DNA from: Desulfosoma sp.
GTDB taxonomy: Bacteria; Desulfobacterota; Syntrophobacteria; Syntrophobacterales; DSM-9756
NCBI GenBank assembly: GCA_037481835.1
Contig: JBBFKW010000006.1
Coordinates: 32,001-96,000 of the forward strand
Direction: 5' to 3'
Length of the DNA: 64,000 nucleotides
The position numbers and the translations under genes were made by a program. The notes beneath the pieces were generated by a model. That model ran no database searches. It was not told the DNA's origin and was given only the letters and a program-made list of their open reading frames with translations. Of this stretch, positions 40,089 through 48,549 are shown piece after piece; the stretch's first letter is position 1; each line of letters opens with the position of its first letter.

Positions 40089-41456
40089 ATGTCCAATTTT
40101 GCCCAAAAGCATACAAAAATCGCCACCTTCTACCTGCTCACCCAGGGCCACTCCAAGATGAAGGAAGAACTCATCCACCATTCCCGGTGGAAGAAGACGG
40201 TGCTGGTGGTCCCCTTGCTGGCCAGCGAATTTACCGATCCGGAAAATCGCCCCGTTTTCGAAAACATCCTGGATGAGCTGCGCCACGCGCCGTACATCTC
40301 CCGCATCCTGTTCGGCCTGGACGGGGCGACGGAAGAGGAGGCGCGCGAACTGTGGGGCATGGCCCGCCACCGCGGCTTGCAGAACACCCTGGTGGTCCAC
40401 AATGACGGGCCGGGTTTCCGAGGCATCTACGATCAGCTGTCCCAGGCCGGTTTCGCTTTGGACGTGCGCGGCAAAGGCCGCAACATGTTCCTGTCCTTCG
40501 GGATCGCCATGGCTCTGGGCGCGCAGACCGTGGCCCTCGTGGATGCCGATATCCGAACCTTCACCTGCGAACAGCTGGATCGGCTCATCTATCCGGTCCA
40601 AGTGTTGAACTACCAGTTTTCCAAGGCCTTTTACGCGAGACTGAAAAACGGAGAGCTTTACGGCCGGGTCAAGCGCCTGCTCCTGGATCCCCTCCTCATC
40701 GCCCTCAAACGCAAGTTCACCGAAAGCCAGGAAGAAAAAGTCCTTCGCCTCGTGGATTTCCTCCTCACGTTCAATTACCAGCTTTCCGGCGAAGTCGTCT
40801 TCGACATGAGCCTCCTCAAGCGCATGCATTTTGCCATGAACTGGGGGGTGGAAATTTTCACTCTCATCGAAGTCTATCGAAAAGCCAACACCATCGCCCA
40901 GGTGGAAATTTCCCACGAACCCTTCGACCACAAGCACCAGCCCGTCTCCCCCGAGGACAAGGACCGGGGCCTGCACAAGATGGCCATCGATATCGTGACG
41001 ACGCTCCTGAGCGCTCTCGTCATCGAAGAGGGCTTGGAGATTTCCGACCACTTCATTCGCGATCTCACCCTCACCTACATCAACGTGGCCGATACGCTCA
41101 TCAAGATGTACGCGGACAACGCCGCCTTCTGCGGGCTGGACTACGACCCGGACCGGGAGGAAGCCATGGTCCACGGCGTGTTCAAAAACGCCGTCCTCTA
41201 TGCCGGCGACCTGCTCCTGTCCCCCTATCGGCTCGCGGACCGGTTCGCCTCTTTCGTGGGAAGCCAGCCGGCTTTCCAGCCCTATGTGGCCTCGGGGCTC
41301 ATCCAAACCATCCACCAATGCGCCCAGCAGGCCCGGACCCAGCTTTTTGAAACACCGCAGACCGTGTCCTGGGATCGGGTGCTCCGCAAGGTGCCGGGAA
41401 TCATCTACGACATCATCAACGTGGTGGAGACTGAAAAGCAGAAGTTCGCGCCGTGA
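40089..41456 (+). CDS. Glucosyl-3-phosphoglycerate synthase-like GT-A glycosyltransferase
   Basis: GKGRNM, VDADI, KAFYARL..LYGRVKRLL, YQLSGE, WGVEI, FDHKHQ. Confidence 0.75.
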   Translation: MSNFAQKHTKIATFYLLTQGHSKMKEELIHHSRWKKTVLVVPLLASEFTDPENRPVFENILDELRHAPYISRILFGLDGATEEEARELWGMARHRGLQNTLVVHNDGPGFRGIYDQLSQAGFALDVRGKGRNMFLSFGIAMALGAQTVALVDADIRTFTCEQLDRLIYPVQVLNYQFSKAFYARLKNGELYGRVKRLLLDPLLIALKRKFTESQEEKVLRLVDFLLTFNYQLSGEVVFDMSLLKRMHFAMNWGVEIFTLIEVYRKANTIAQVEISHEPFDHKHQPVSPEDKDRGLHKMAIDIVTTLLSALVIEEGLEISDHFIRDLTLTYINVADTLIKMYADNAAFCGLDYDPDREEAMVHGVFKNAVLYAGDLLLSPYRLADRFASFVGSQPAFQPYVASGLIQTIHQCAQQARTQLFETPQTVSWDRVLRKVPGIIYDIINVVETEKQKFAP

Positions 41457-42924
41457 GCCGCTCCAAAATGGCGCGACGCCCGGCGTAAAACGCCACGGCC
41501 ATGGCATCCACGACGGCGTCCACCTCGTTGCGGTAGAACGCTTCGGCCTGTTCGGGCGGCACGCCCAAGCGTTTTTGGACGGCGCGCACGGCGCCGTAGG
41601 TGCGCGCGCCCAACCGATGGAGCTTTTCCCGGCAAAATTCCAGGAAAGCGGCGGTGTACAAGTAGGTCAGGCAGTTCTTGACGGCCTCCAGCCGGCGGGT
41701 CGCCAGAAGATGGGCGAGGCTTTCGTAAAGGATGCGGATCCAAAAATCCCGGGTGATATCGAGAAAGACCAGCGGGCTTTCATCGTCCGTGGGGGCGCTA
41801 TGCAGTCGTTCCAGCCCATGCCGGACGGCTTCAAAGGTTTCCGGATCCAGGCTTTCCCTCATGGCCGCTTCGTAGCGGGAAAAGCCTGAAAGAAGCGTCT
41901 CCCGCTTTCGATCCACGTCGAACACATCCGTGGAACCGGGATCGATGAAGGCGATGCCCGTTTTGTCCGGGCCCCAGGTTTTCGGCCGTTTCAGGGGTTC
42001 ATCGGAGCCGAGCAGGCGCGTTATCCGGCCGTCTTGGTCTTCGTAGTGCAGGAGCCTCCCCAGGGCCGAGCCGATGACTTCCCCGGGCATGACGGAAAGT
42101 TTGGCTTCATCGGTGATGTCGTGCAGCTTGGCGCCCAAATAGACTTCGTAGATGTCCGTTTCGGGATCGGCGATGTTGTCGAAGGTCGTGGCGATATCCG
42201 TCCCGTAGCGGCGGCGGGCGTCGTCCCAGACGGCTTCCCGTTCGTGGCGGACCGCCCCCGCCGAAAGGACGATGTCTCCCGAAATGCCCCCGGGGACGTA
42301 GCAGCCCATGAGGGTCGTGAGCGGCCCCACGATGAAGCGGGTCAACGAGGCGTCCACGAAATGGCGGGCGTAGCGCGCCGTGATGAAAAAATGCCGCTCC
42401 GGGGCCGAAGCCCGATGACGGGCTTCCACGGCGGCGAAGGTGCGAAACCAAGGGCGAAAGTCGTTTCGAAGATCGCCGTCCAAAATGATCAGCGTTTGCA
42501 GGCTCGAGCAGTGGGCCGTTTCGTCGAAAATGAGCTTGAGGGCGCTGCCTTTTCCGGGCGTGCGGTCTCCCTTGTAGCCGTCGTAGGGGGTGGCGGCCAC
42601 AAGGAGCCGCTCCCGTGCCGATGCCGGCGCACTCCGAAGATAGTCGCACGCCGCCGAAAGGGCGGCTTCCACCGTGGAAACATCGGGCCGATCCAGCGTC
42701 AGGGTTCCGTCGGAGACGACGAAAGCGATGCGATCATCCGGGTAGGCGGCCAGGGCGGCTTCCATCCCACGGCGCAGTTCCGCCCCGATGTTGTCCGCAT
42801 TTTGAAACGTGGGGTGCCCCACGACGCGCCTCGGCACGAACCGCGCCAGAATCCCGCCCAAGGCCCCCTCTTCCACGGGAAATCCGCCGCGAAACACATT
42901 CCGATCCACCTGGGTCAATGACAC
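41416..42924 (-). CDS. GT2-like glycosyltransferase, glucosylglycerate/mannosylglycerate synthase-like
   Basis: GKGSAL, ILDGDLR, YARHFVDASLT, ISGD, YGTDI, LGAKLHD; GTG start after AAAGGGGG. Confidence 0.7.
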   Translation of the reverse strand: MSLTQVDRNVFRGGFPVEEGALGGILARFVPRRVVGHPTFQNADNIGAELRRGMEAALAAYPDDRIAFVVSDGTLTLDRPDVSTVEAALSAACDYLRSAPASARERLLVAATPYDGYKGDRTPGKGSALKLIFDETAHCSSLQTLIILDGDLRNDFRPWFRTFAAVEARHRASAPERHFFITARYARHFVDASLTRFIVGPLTTLMGCYVPGGISGDIVLSAGAVRHEREAVWDDARRRYGTDIATTFDNIADPETDIYEVYLGAKLHDITDEAKLSVMPGEVIGSALGRLLHYEDQDGRITRLLGSDEPLKRPKTWGPDKTGIAFIDPGSTDVFDVDRKRETLLSGFSRYEAAMRESLDPETFEAVRHGLERLHSAPTDDESPLVFLDITRDFWIRILYESLAHLLATRRLEAVKNCLTYLYTAAFLEFCREKLHRLGARTYGAVRAVQKRLGVPPEQAEAFYRNEVDAVVDAMAVAFYAGRRAILERLTARTSAFQSPPR

Positions 42925-43012
42925 CTTGTCCCCCTTTCTTTCGCCCCCGCCCACCCTCACCCCCCGCCGTCTCATATCCCTTGCCCCAAAACGCCCCTTC
43001 CCGGGTGTATTG

Positions 43013-45247
43013 TTAGAACGCCGGGGATTTGGCGACCCGGCCCAAGTCGCCCCGAAGCCGATGGGCCAGCAGCGTGCATCGCTTCTGAATCCGGTCGTTT
43101 CGCACGGCCATGGCCAGGGCCTTTCGCGACCCCACCAGCACCACAAGCTTTCGGCCGCGCGTTACGGCCGTGTAGAGCAGGTTCCGCTGGAGCATCACGT
43201 AGTGTTGGGTGACGAGGGGCACCACCACCGCCGGGTATTCGCTCCCCTGGGACTTGTGCACACTCACGGCGTAGGCATGGGTGATTTCGTCCAGCTCCGA
43301 AAAATCGTAGGCCACCACGCGACCGTCCATGAGCACCCGGATTTCCTGGTTTTCCTCGTCCACCGCATGGATCCGGCCCAGATCGCCGTTGAAGACGTCC
43401 TTGTCGTAGTTGTTGCGTAGCTGCATGACCTTGTCGCCCACGCGGTAAACCCGCCCGGCCCGTTCCACGGCGCGCCCTCGGGGGTTGAGCGCCCTCTGGA
43501 GGGCCTCGTTCAGGTTCTGGGCGCCCACCGTCCCGCGGTGCATGGGGCTGAGCACCTGGATATCGTCCACGGGATCGAGCCCGAACCGGGCGGGGATGCG
43601 CTTCGTGCAGAGTTCCAGCACCACTTGGAGCACATCCTGGGGATCGTCCTTTTCGATGAAATAGAAATCCGACAGTCCCCCTTGGCGGGAACCGCCGTTG
43701 ATGGGAAACAGCCCTTCCCGGATCCTGTGGGCGTTGACGACGATGAGGCTCTTTCGGGCCTGGCGGAAAATTTCGCTCAGGCGCACCACGGCAAAGGCCC
43801 CCGAGTCGATGATGTCCTGGAGGACGTTGCCGGCCCCCACCGACGGCAGCTGGTCCACATCGCCGACGAAAATCACGGTGGTTTTGGGGGCCACGGCCTT
43901 CAGGAGGTGATGGGCGAGGAGCGCATCGAGCATGGAGGCTTCATCCACGATGAGGCAGTCGGCGGCCAGGGGCTTGTTTTCATTGCGCTGGAAGCCTCCC
44001 GCCTGAGGGCTGAATTCCAAAAGCCGGTGGATGGTGGCCGCCTCATGCCCTGTGGTTTCGCTCAATCGTTTGGCGGCGCGGCCGGTGGGGGCGGCCAGAG
44101 CCACGCGGGCCCCCAGGCGCTTGTAGGCGGCGCACACGGCCTTGACCAAAGTGGTCTTGCCGGTGCCGGGGCCTCCCGTGATGACCAGGACCTTGTCCGT
44201 GAGCGCTTTGCGGACGGCTTCCATCTGGAGCGGCGCCAGGGGAAAGGGCAGGCTCGCCGTGACGGCGCTCAGGGTTTCGTCGATCTTGGCGGGCGGGAAC
44301 CGTTTGGCGAAGGAGGCCACATAGGTCAGGCGGGCGGCCGTCTGCGTTTCCGCCGCATGGTAGCCTCGAAGATAAACGGCCGTCTCATCCCCCATGAGGC
44401 GCGCCGCCTCCTCGGGGAGCCGTTCCAGCACGGCGCGCCCGTCGGCGCTCAAGTTTTGCAGGCCCTTCGCCAAGACCTCCACGGGGGCTTCCAGAAGTTT
44501 TCGGGCGTCTTCCAGCAGCCGCTTTTTCGGCACGCACACGTGGCCTTCATCGGCGGCCTGAAAAAGCACGTAATGGAGGCCCGCTTCGGCCCGGAGCTCG
44601 GAATCCGGCCCGAAACCCAGGTTCCGGGCGATCTTGTCGGCGGTGACGAAGCCGATGCCCGCCACATCCATGGCGATCCGGTAGGGGTTTTCCCGGAGGA
44701 CCTTGAGGGATTCCTTGCCGTACTGCTTGAAGATCCGGGTCGCATGGGAGGCGCTCACCCCGTGGGTCTTGAGGAAGATCATGACTTCCCGGATTTCTTT
44801 CTGATCGTCCCAGGCCTTGAGGATCATGCGAAGGCGCTTGGGGCCGATCCCGTCCACTTGCAGGAGCCGCTCCGGGTCGGTGTCGATAACCTCCAGGGTG
44901 GCCGTCCCGAAGGCCTTGACGATGCGTTTGGCCATCTCAGGCCCGATGCCCTTGATGAGGCCCGAGCCCAAGTATTTGCGGATGCCTTCCACGGTGTCGG
45001 GGCTGAGGGTCTCGTATTGGTCGGCCCGGAACTGTTCGCCGTACTTGGGATGGCGGCTCCAGGCCCCGCGGAGCCGAAGCACTTCGCCGGGTGTGACCGA
45101 AACGAAGGACCCCACCACGGTCACCAGGTCGCGGCGGCCGCGCACCTTGAGGCGCAAGACACTGTAGCCGTCCTCTTCGCCGGCGTAGGTGATGCGTTCC
45201 ACTTGGCCTTCCAGGGTTTCCACGCTCGAAGCCCCTCGATCCTGCAT
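43013..45247 (-). CDS. recD2: RecD2-type ATP-dependent DNA helicase
   Basis: HPKYGEQF, HhH motifs, GGPGTGKT, APTGRAAKR, DEASM, GDVDQLPSVG, HKSQGSEY, LLYTAVTRG. Confidence 0.95.
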   Translation of the reverse strand: MQDRGASSVETLEGQVERITYAGEEDGYSVLRLKVRGRRDLVTVVGSFVSVTPGEVLRLRGAWSRHPKYGEQFRADQYETLSPDTVEGIRKYLGSGLIKGIGPEMAKRIVKAFGTATLEVIDTDPERLLQVDGIGPKRLRMILKAWDDQKEIREVMIFLKTHGVSASHATRIFKQYGKESLKVLRENPYRIAMDVAGIGFVTADKIARNLGFGPDSELRAEAGLHYVLFQAADEGHVCVPKKRLLEDARKLLEAPVEVLAKGLQNLSADGRAVLERLPEEAARLMGDETAVYLRGYHAAETQTAARLTYVASFAKRFPPAKIDETLSAVTASLPFPLAPLQMEAVRKALTDKVLVITGGPGTGKTTLVKAVCAAYKRLGARVALAAPTGRAAKRLSETTGHEAATIHRLLEFSPQAGGFQRNENKPLAADCLIVDEASMLDALLAHHLLKAVAPKTTVIFVGDVDQLPSVGAGNVLQDIIDSGAFAVVRLSEIFRQARKSLIVVNAHRIREGLFPINGGSRQGGLSDFYFIEKDDPQDVLQVVLELCTKRIPARFGLDPVDDIQVLSPMHRGTVGAQNLNEALQRALNPRGRAVERAGRVYRVGDKVMQLRNNYDKDVFNGDLGRIHAVDEENQEIRVLMDGRVVAYDFSELDEITHAYAVSVHKSQGSEYPAVVVPLVTQHYVMLQRNLLYTAVTRGRKLVVLVGSRKALAMAVRNDRIQKRCTLLAHRLRGDLGRVAKSPAF

Positions 45248-45320
45248 TGGTTTTGACAACGGCACGGTGATTGTTAGAATAGCATTGAAATCTCGACGAT
45301 TCCAAGAAGGGAGGACGACC

Positions 45321-45557
45321 ATGGCTCTGTACATCAAAACCGATGATTACCGCAAATACGGCATCAGCAAGTATTCCACGCTGGAACAGGTGCGGGCCGT
45401 GGTCCAAAGGGAACTGAACATTCGACCGCTCTTCGTGCGGTTCGTCAATAAGCATGAATTCATCCGGGTGGATTTCCTGAAGCCCCAGGCCCGCCGCAAG
45501 AGGGATAGATCCCAGCCCAAGGCCGGCGAGGGAGGCCGTCGGCGCCGCCCCCGCTGA
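45321..45557 (+). CDS. Small basic hypothetical protein (78 aa)
   Basis: Strong RBS AAGGGAGG; MALYIKTDDYRKYGISKYS...; Arg-rich tail. Confidence 0.7.
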   Translation: MALYIKTDDYRKYGISKYSTLEQVRAVVQRELNIRPLFVRFVNKHEFIRVDFLKPQARRKRDRSQPKAGEGGRRRRPR

Positions 45558-45842
45558 ACCCCCGGGGGCTGTTCCGCCCACCCGGTCCAGCTGCCCCTCG
45601 GGGAGGGTCGCCTCCCCGGTCCCCGCGGGCGGGCGCGCCTCCCCCGTCCCCGCTGAAGACACGGGGGGCGCTTCCTTTTGGCCCGTCCCCGATGAAACCC
45701 AAGGGGTGGTTTTGCTCACCCGGTCCCCCTGAACCTCGGGGGTGGTTGCGTCTGCTCCTTCCCCGCGGGCGGGCGCGCCTCCCCCGTCCCCGCGGACGGG
45801 TTCGAGTTCACCTTGCTCTCTCTACGGCTTTCCCGCTTCCGT

Positions 45843-46034
45843 CTCCCTCTCCCCCCCGGGCTCGCCGCTTCCGTCTCCCTCTCCCCCTGGTCTTGCGGAT
45901 TCTTAGCTCCCTCTCCCGCCACACTAACGGATTCCATTCTCCCGCTCTCCCCAGGTTCGGAGGCTACAAGCTCCCTCTCCCCCTTTAGGGGGAGAGGGCT
46001 GGGGTGAGGGGGCCAAAGGGCCGGGGTGAGGGGG
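45843..46034 (-). repeat. Palindromic element copy 1 with ~32-bp degenerate tandem array
   Basis: CCCTCTCCCCC-TTTA-GGGGGAGAGGG-CT-GGGGTGAGGGGG at 45973-46012; CTCCCTCTCCC cores recur leftward about every 32 bp. Confidence 0.9.
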
Positions 46035-46065
46035 CCAATTCAACAAGGATCGCCGGGAATCCACT

Positions 46066-46428
46066 ATGCACCCTCCGAGAAAACCAAAGGACATCACAAC
46101 AAAGGCCCGCTCTCTGAGAAAAAACCAAACCGACGCCGAATCGCTCCTCTGGCTTCATCTCAAGGGCCGACACCTGGCGGGAAAGAAGTTTCGCCGCCAG
46201 TACCCCATCGGGCCTTTTGTGGCGGACTTCGTCTGCGCCGAAGCAAAACTCGTCGTGGAAATCGACGGCGGGCAGCATGCCGCCCAAAACGAGCGGCAAA
46301 AGGATGCTCGGCGCTCAGAATACATGGAAGCTTTGGGATATCGGGTCCTGAGGTTTTGGAACAATGAAGTCTTGAATGAAACGCACGCGGTGTTGGAAGT
46401 CATTCGGCGGCATCTGGTAAGGGATTGA
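46066..46428 (+). CDS. DUF559 (Vsr-like / YcjD-family) endonuclease, copy 1
   Basis: ARSLRKNQTDAE..LW, FRRQYPIGPFVADF, LVVEIDGGQH, GYRVLRFWNNEV. Confidence 0.92.
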   Translation: MHPPRKPKDITTKARSLRKNQTDAESLLWLHLKGRHLAGKKFRRQYPIGPFVADFVCAEAKLVVEIDGGQHAAQNERQKDARRSEYMEALGYRVLRFWNNEVLNETHAVLEVIRRHLVRD

Positions 46429-46430
46429 CA

Positions 46431-46817
46431 CCCCCTCACCCTGCCCTCTCCCCCTAAAGGGGGAGAGGGGAACTGCATTTGAGGCTCTCTTCCCCCCAAA
46501 GGGGCAGAGGAGAACTGGATTTGAGGTTCTCTTCCCACAGTAAACTGGTAAACTTAAATCTGTTTCTCCCCCAAACTCGAAGCTTCCTATCTCCCTCTCC
46601 CCCCGGTCGTGCCGATTCCGTGCTCCCTCTCCCCCTGGGCTTGCGGATTTCGATCTCTCTCTTCCCCCTTGGAGTTCGCTGACTTCAAGCTCCCTCTCCC
46701 GCCACACTAACGGATTCCATTCTCCCTCTCCGCCCAGGTTCGGAGACTCCAAACTCCCTCTCCCCCTTCAGGGGGAGAGGGCTGGGGTGAGGGGGCCAAA
46801 GGGCCCGGGTGAGGGGG
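46431..46817. repeat. Palindromic element copies 2 (+) and 3 (-) with converging arrays
   Basis: CCCCCTCACCCTGCCCTCTCCCCC-TAAA-GGGGGAGAGGGG at 46431-46470; inverted copy at 46756-46795; ~43-bp and ~32-bp units between them. Confidence 0.9.
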
Positions 46818-46848
46818 CCAATTCAACAAGCATCACCGGGAGTCCACT

Positions 46849-47211
46849 ATGCACCCTCCGAGAAAACCCAAGGACATCACAACAAAGGCCCGCTCTTTGA
46901 GAAAAAACCAAACCGACGCCGAATCGCTCCTCTGGCTTCATCTCAAGGGCCGACACCTGGCGGGAAAGAAGTTTCGCCGCCAGTACCCCATCGGGCCTTT
47001 TGTGGCGGACTTCGTCTGCGCCGAAGCAAAACTCGTCGTGGAAATCGACGGCGGGCAGCATGCCGCCCAAAACGAGCGGCAAAAGGATGCTCGGCGCTCA
47101 GAATACATGGAAGCTTTGGGATATCGGGTCCTGAGGTTTTGGAACAATGAAGTCTTGAATGAAACGCACGCGGTGTTGGAAGTCATTCGGCGGCATCTGG
47201 TGAGGGATTGA
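46849..47211 (+). CDS. DUF559 endonuclease, copy 2 (identical protein)
   Basis: Same 120-aa sequence; 783-bp tandem period; three synonymous differences. Confidence 0.92.
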   Translation: MHPPRKPKDITTKARSLRKNQTDAESLLWLHLKGRHLAGKKFRRQYPIGPFVADFVCAEAKLVVEIDGGQHAAQNERQKDARRSEYMEALGYRVLRFWNNEVLNETHAVLEVIRRHLVRD

Positions 47212-47213
47212 CA

Positions 47214-47582
47214 CCCCCCTCACCCTGCCCTCTCCCCCTAAAGGGGGAGAGGGGAACCGGATTTGAGGCTCTCTTCACCCTAAAGGGGGAGAGGGGAACT
47301 GGATTTTGGGGCTTTCTTTTCCCTAAAGGGGGAGAGGGGAACTGGATTTCAGGATGTCTTCACCCCAAAGGGGGAGAGGGGAACTGGATCTCAGGGTTTC
47401 TTCCCCCTAAGGGGAAGGGGGGAAACGCCGGCGGCATCTGGTGAGGGACTGACACCCCCTCACCCTGCCCTCTCCCCCTAAAGGGGGAGAGGGGAACTGG
47501 ATCTCAGGCTTTGTTACCCCCAAAGGGGGAGAGGGAAGCTGGATTTGAGGATGTCTTCACCCCTAAAGGGGGAGGGGGGAAA
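47214..47582 (+). repeat. Palindromic element copies 4 and 5 with 42-43-bp arrays
   Basis: Elements at 47214-47254 and 47455-47494; unit ~CCCTAAAGGGGGAGAGGGGAACTGGATTTGAGGnTnTCTTC. Confidence 0.9.
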
Positions 47583-47679
47583 CGCAGCACGACGGCCCCT
47601 TCCCTTGAGGGCGACAAACATGCCGAAGGACGCCGCCGCTCCGGTAGGCGTTTGAGAGCCCTGCCGGTCGGGGGCCCAT

Positions 47680-47925
47680 TTGAAGGCGGTGCCGGTCCCC
47701 TGATTCTCAAAGGGCAGGGCCTGTCCCCAAATTATTAAGGGCAGGGCCTGTCCCCCAATTATTGAAGGGCGCAGCCGGTCCCCTGATTTTTTAAAGGGTA
47801 ATGCTTGTCCCCCAACGATTGAAGGGCGCTGCCGGGGCTCTAAGCATTGAAGGACACTGCTGGTCCTCCAGTCATTGGATGGCGCTGCTGAGGCTCTGAT
47901 CGCCCGAAGGTTGTGCCGGTCTCCC
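47680..47925 (+). repeat. Degenerate ~28-bp tandem array (about 8-9 units)
   Basis: Units resembling TGAAGGGCnnnGCCTGTCCCCnAATTAT. Confidence 0.75.
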
Positions 47926-47984
47926 GGCCCTCGCAGGCGGAATCCCGCGTCTGTCTCCTACGCTCGCAGATTTCAACCGTTCTC

Positions 47985-48197
47985 TGCCCAAGGCTAGCGG
48001 ATTCCTACCTCGCCCTCTCCCCAGCCTCGGGCATTCCAACCTCCCTCTCCCTACGGTCAGACCTTCCAAGCTCCCTTTCCCGCCACACTGGCGGATTCCA
48101 TTCTCCCGCTCCGCCCAGGTTCGGAGACTCCAAACTCCCTCTCCCCCTTCAGGGGGAGAGGGCCGGGGTGAGGGGGTCAAAGGGCCGGGGTGAGGGT
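47985..48197 (-). repeat. Palindromic element copy 6 with array (orphan copy of the DUF559 left flank)
   Basis: 48070-48197 closely matches 46689-46815 but is followed by the trp promoter instead of a nuclease gene. Confidence 0.88.
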
Positions 48198-48230
48198 GCC
48201 AAGGGGTCGGGGCAAGGGCGCAAAAAAATC

Positions 48231-48261
48231 TTGACATCCCCTCCCCGAAGAATTTATCCAT
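48231..48261 (+). promoter_or_regulatory. Candidate sigma70 promoter of the aroF-trp operon
   Basis: TTGACA at 48231; AT-rich TTTATCCAT 17-18 nt downstream. Confidence 0.55.
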
Positions 48262-48307
48262 AGCCTGTCTCAAAAGACGGCACCCAAAAAAGCGAAAGGC
48301 AAAAACC

Positions 48308-48403
48308 GTGCGCGCAGTGCAACAATCCCGAAATCTTCATTTCTGGTGGTGCTGGTGGTGGTGCGTTGCGCACGGGTGCGCCGACGGGGGTGCGTCGCTT
48401 TAG
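48308..48403 (+). CDS. trpL: trp operon leader peptide (31 aa)
   Basis: GTG...TAG reading MRAVQQSRNLHFWWCWWWCVAHGCADGGASL; five Trp codons; GAAAGG RBS; upstream of terminators and the trp operon. Confidence 0.88.
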   Translation: MRAVQQSRNLHFWWCWWWCVAHGCADGGASL

Positions 48404-48427
48404 ACCACCTGCACGAATGAAGCCATC

Positions 48428-48465
48428 AAGACCGTGGGCCACCCGGCCCACGGTCTTTTTGTTTT
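48428..48465 (+). terminator. Attenuator terminator 1
   Basis: AAGACCGTGGGCC-ACCC-GGCCCACGGTCTT followed by TTTGTTTT. Confidence 0.88.
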
Positions 48466-48471
48466 GGGGAC

Positions 48472-48505
48472 AAGGCCGTGGGATTTCATCCCGCGGCCTT
48501 TTTTC
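48472..48505 (+). terminator. Attenuator terminator 2
   Basis: AAGGCCGTGGGA-TTTCA-TCCCGCGGCCTT followed by TTTT. Confidence 0.82.
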
Positions 48506-48549
48506 ATTGTACGCCATCCCTCAAGGGAACTCACAGGAGGACACCCATC

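Noticed and set aside
42945..42968. CCCACCCTCACCCCCCG as an element copy
   Set aside because: Lacks the CCCTCTCCC/GGGAGAGGG hairpin
46066..47211. Assembly artefact as the explanation for the duplicated nuclease
   Set aside because: The copies differ at three synonymous sites and have distinct flanking arrays; long reads are still desirable
45843..48197. Classical IS or composite transposon
   Set aside because: No DDE, HUH or recombinase gene, and no target-site duplication could be identified by eye
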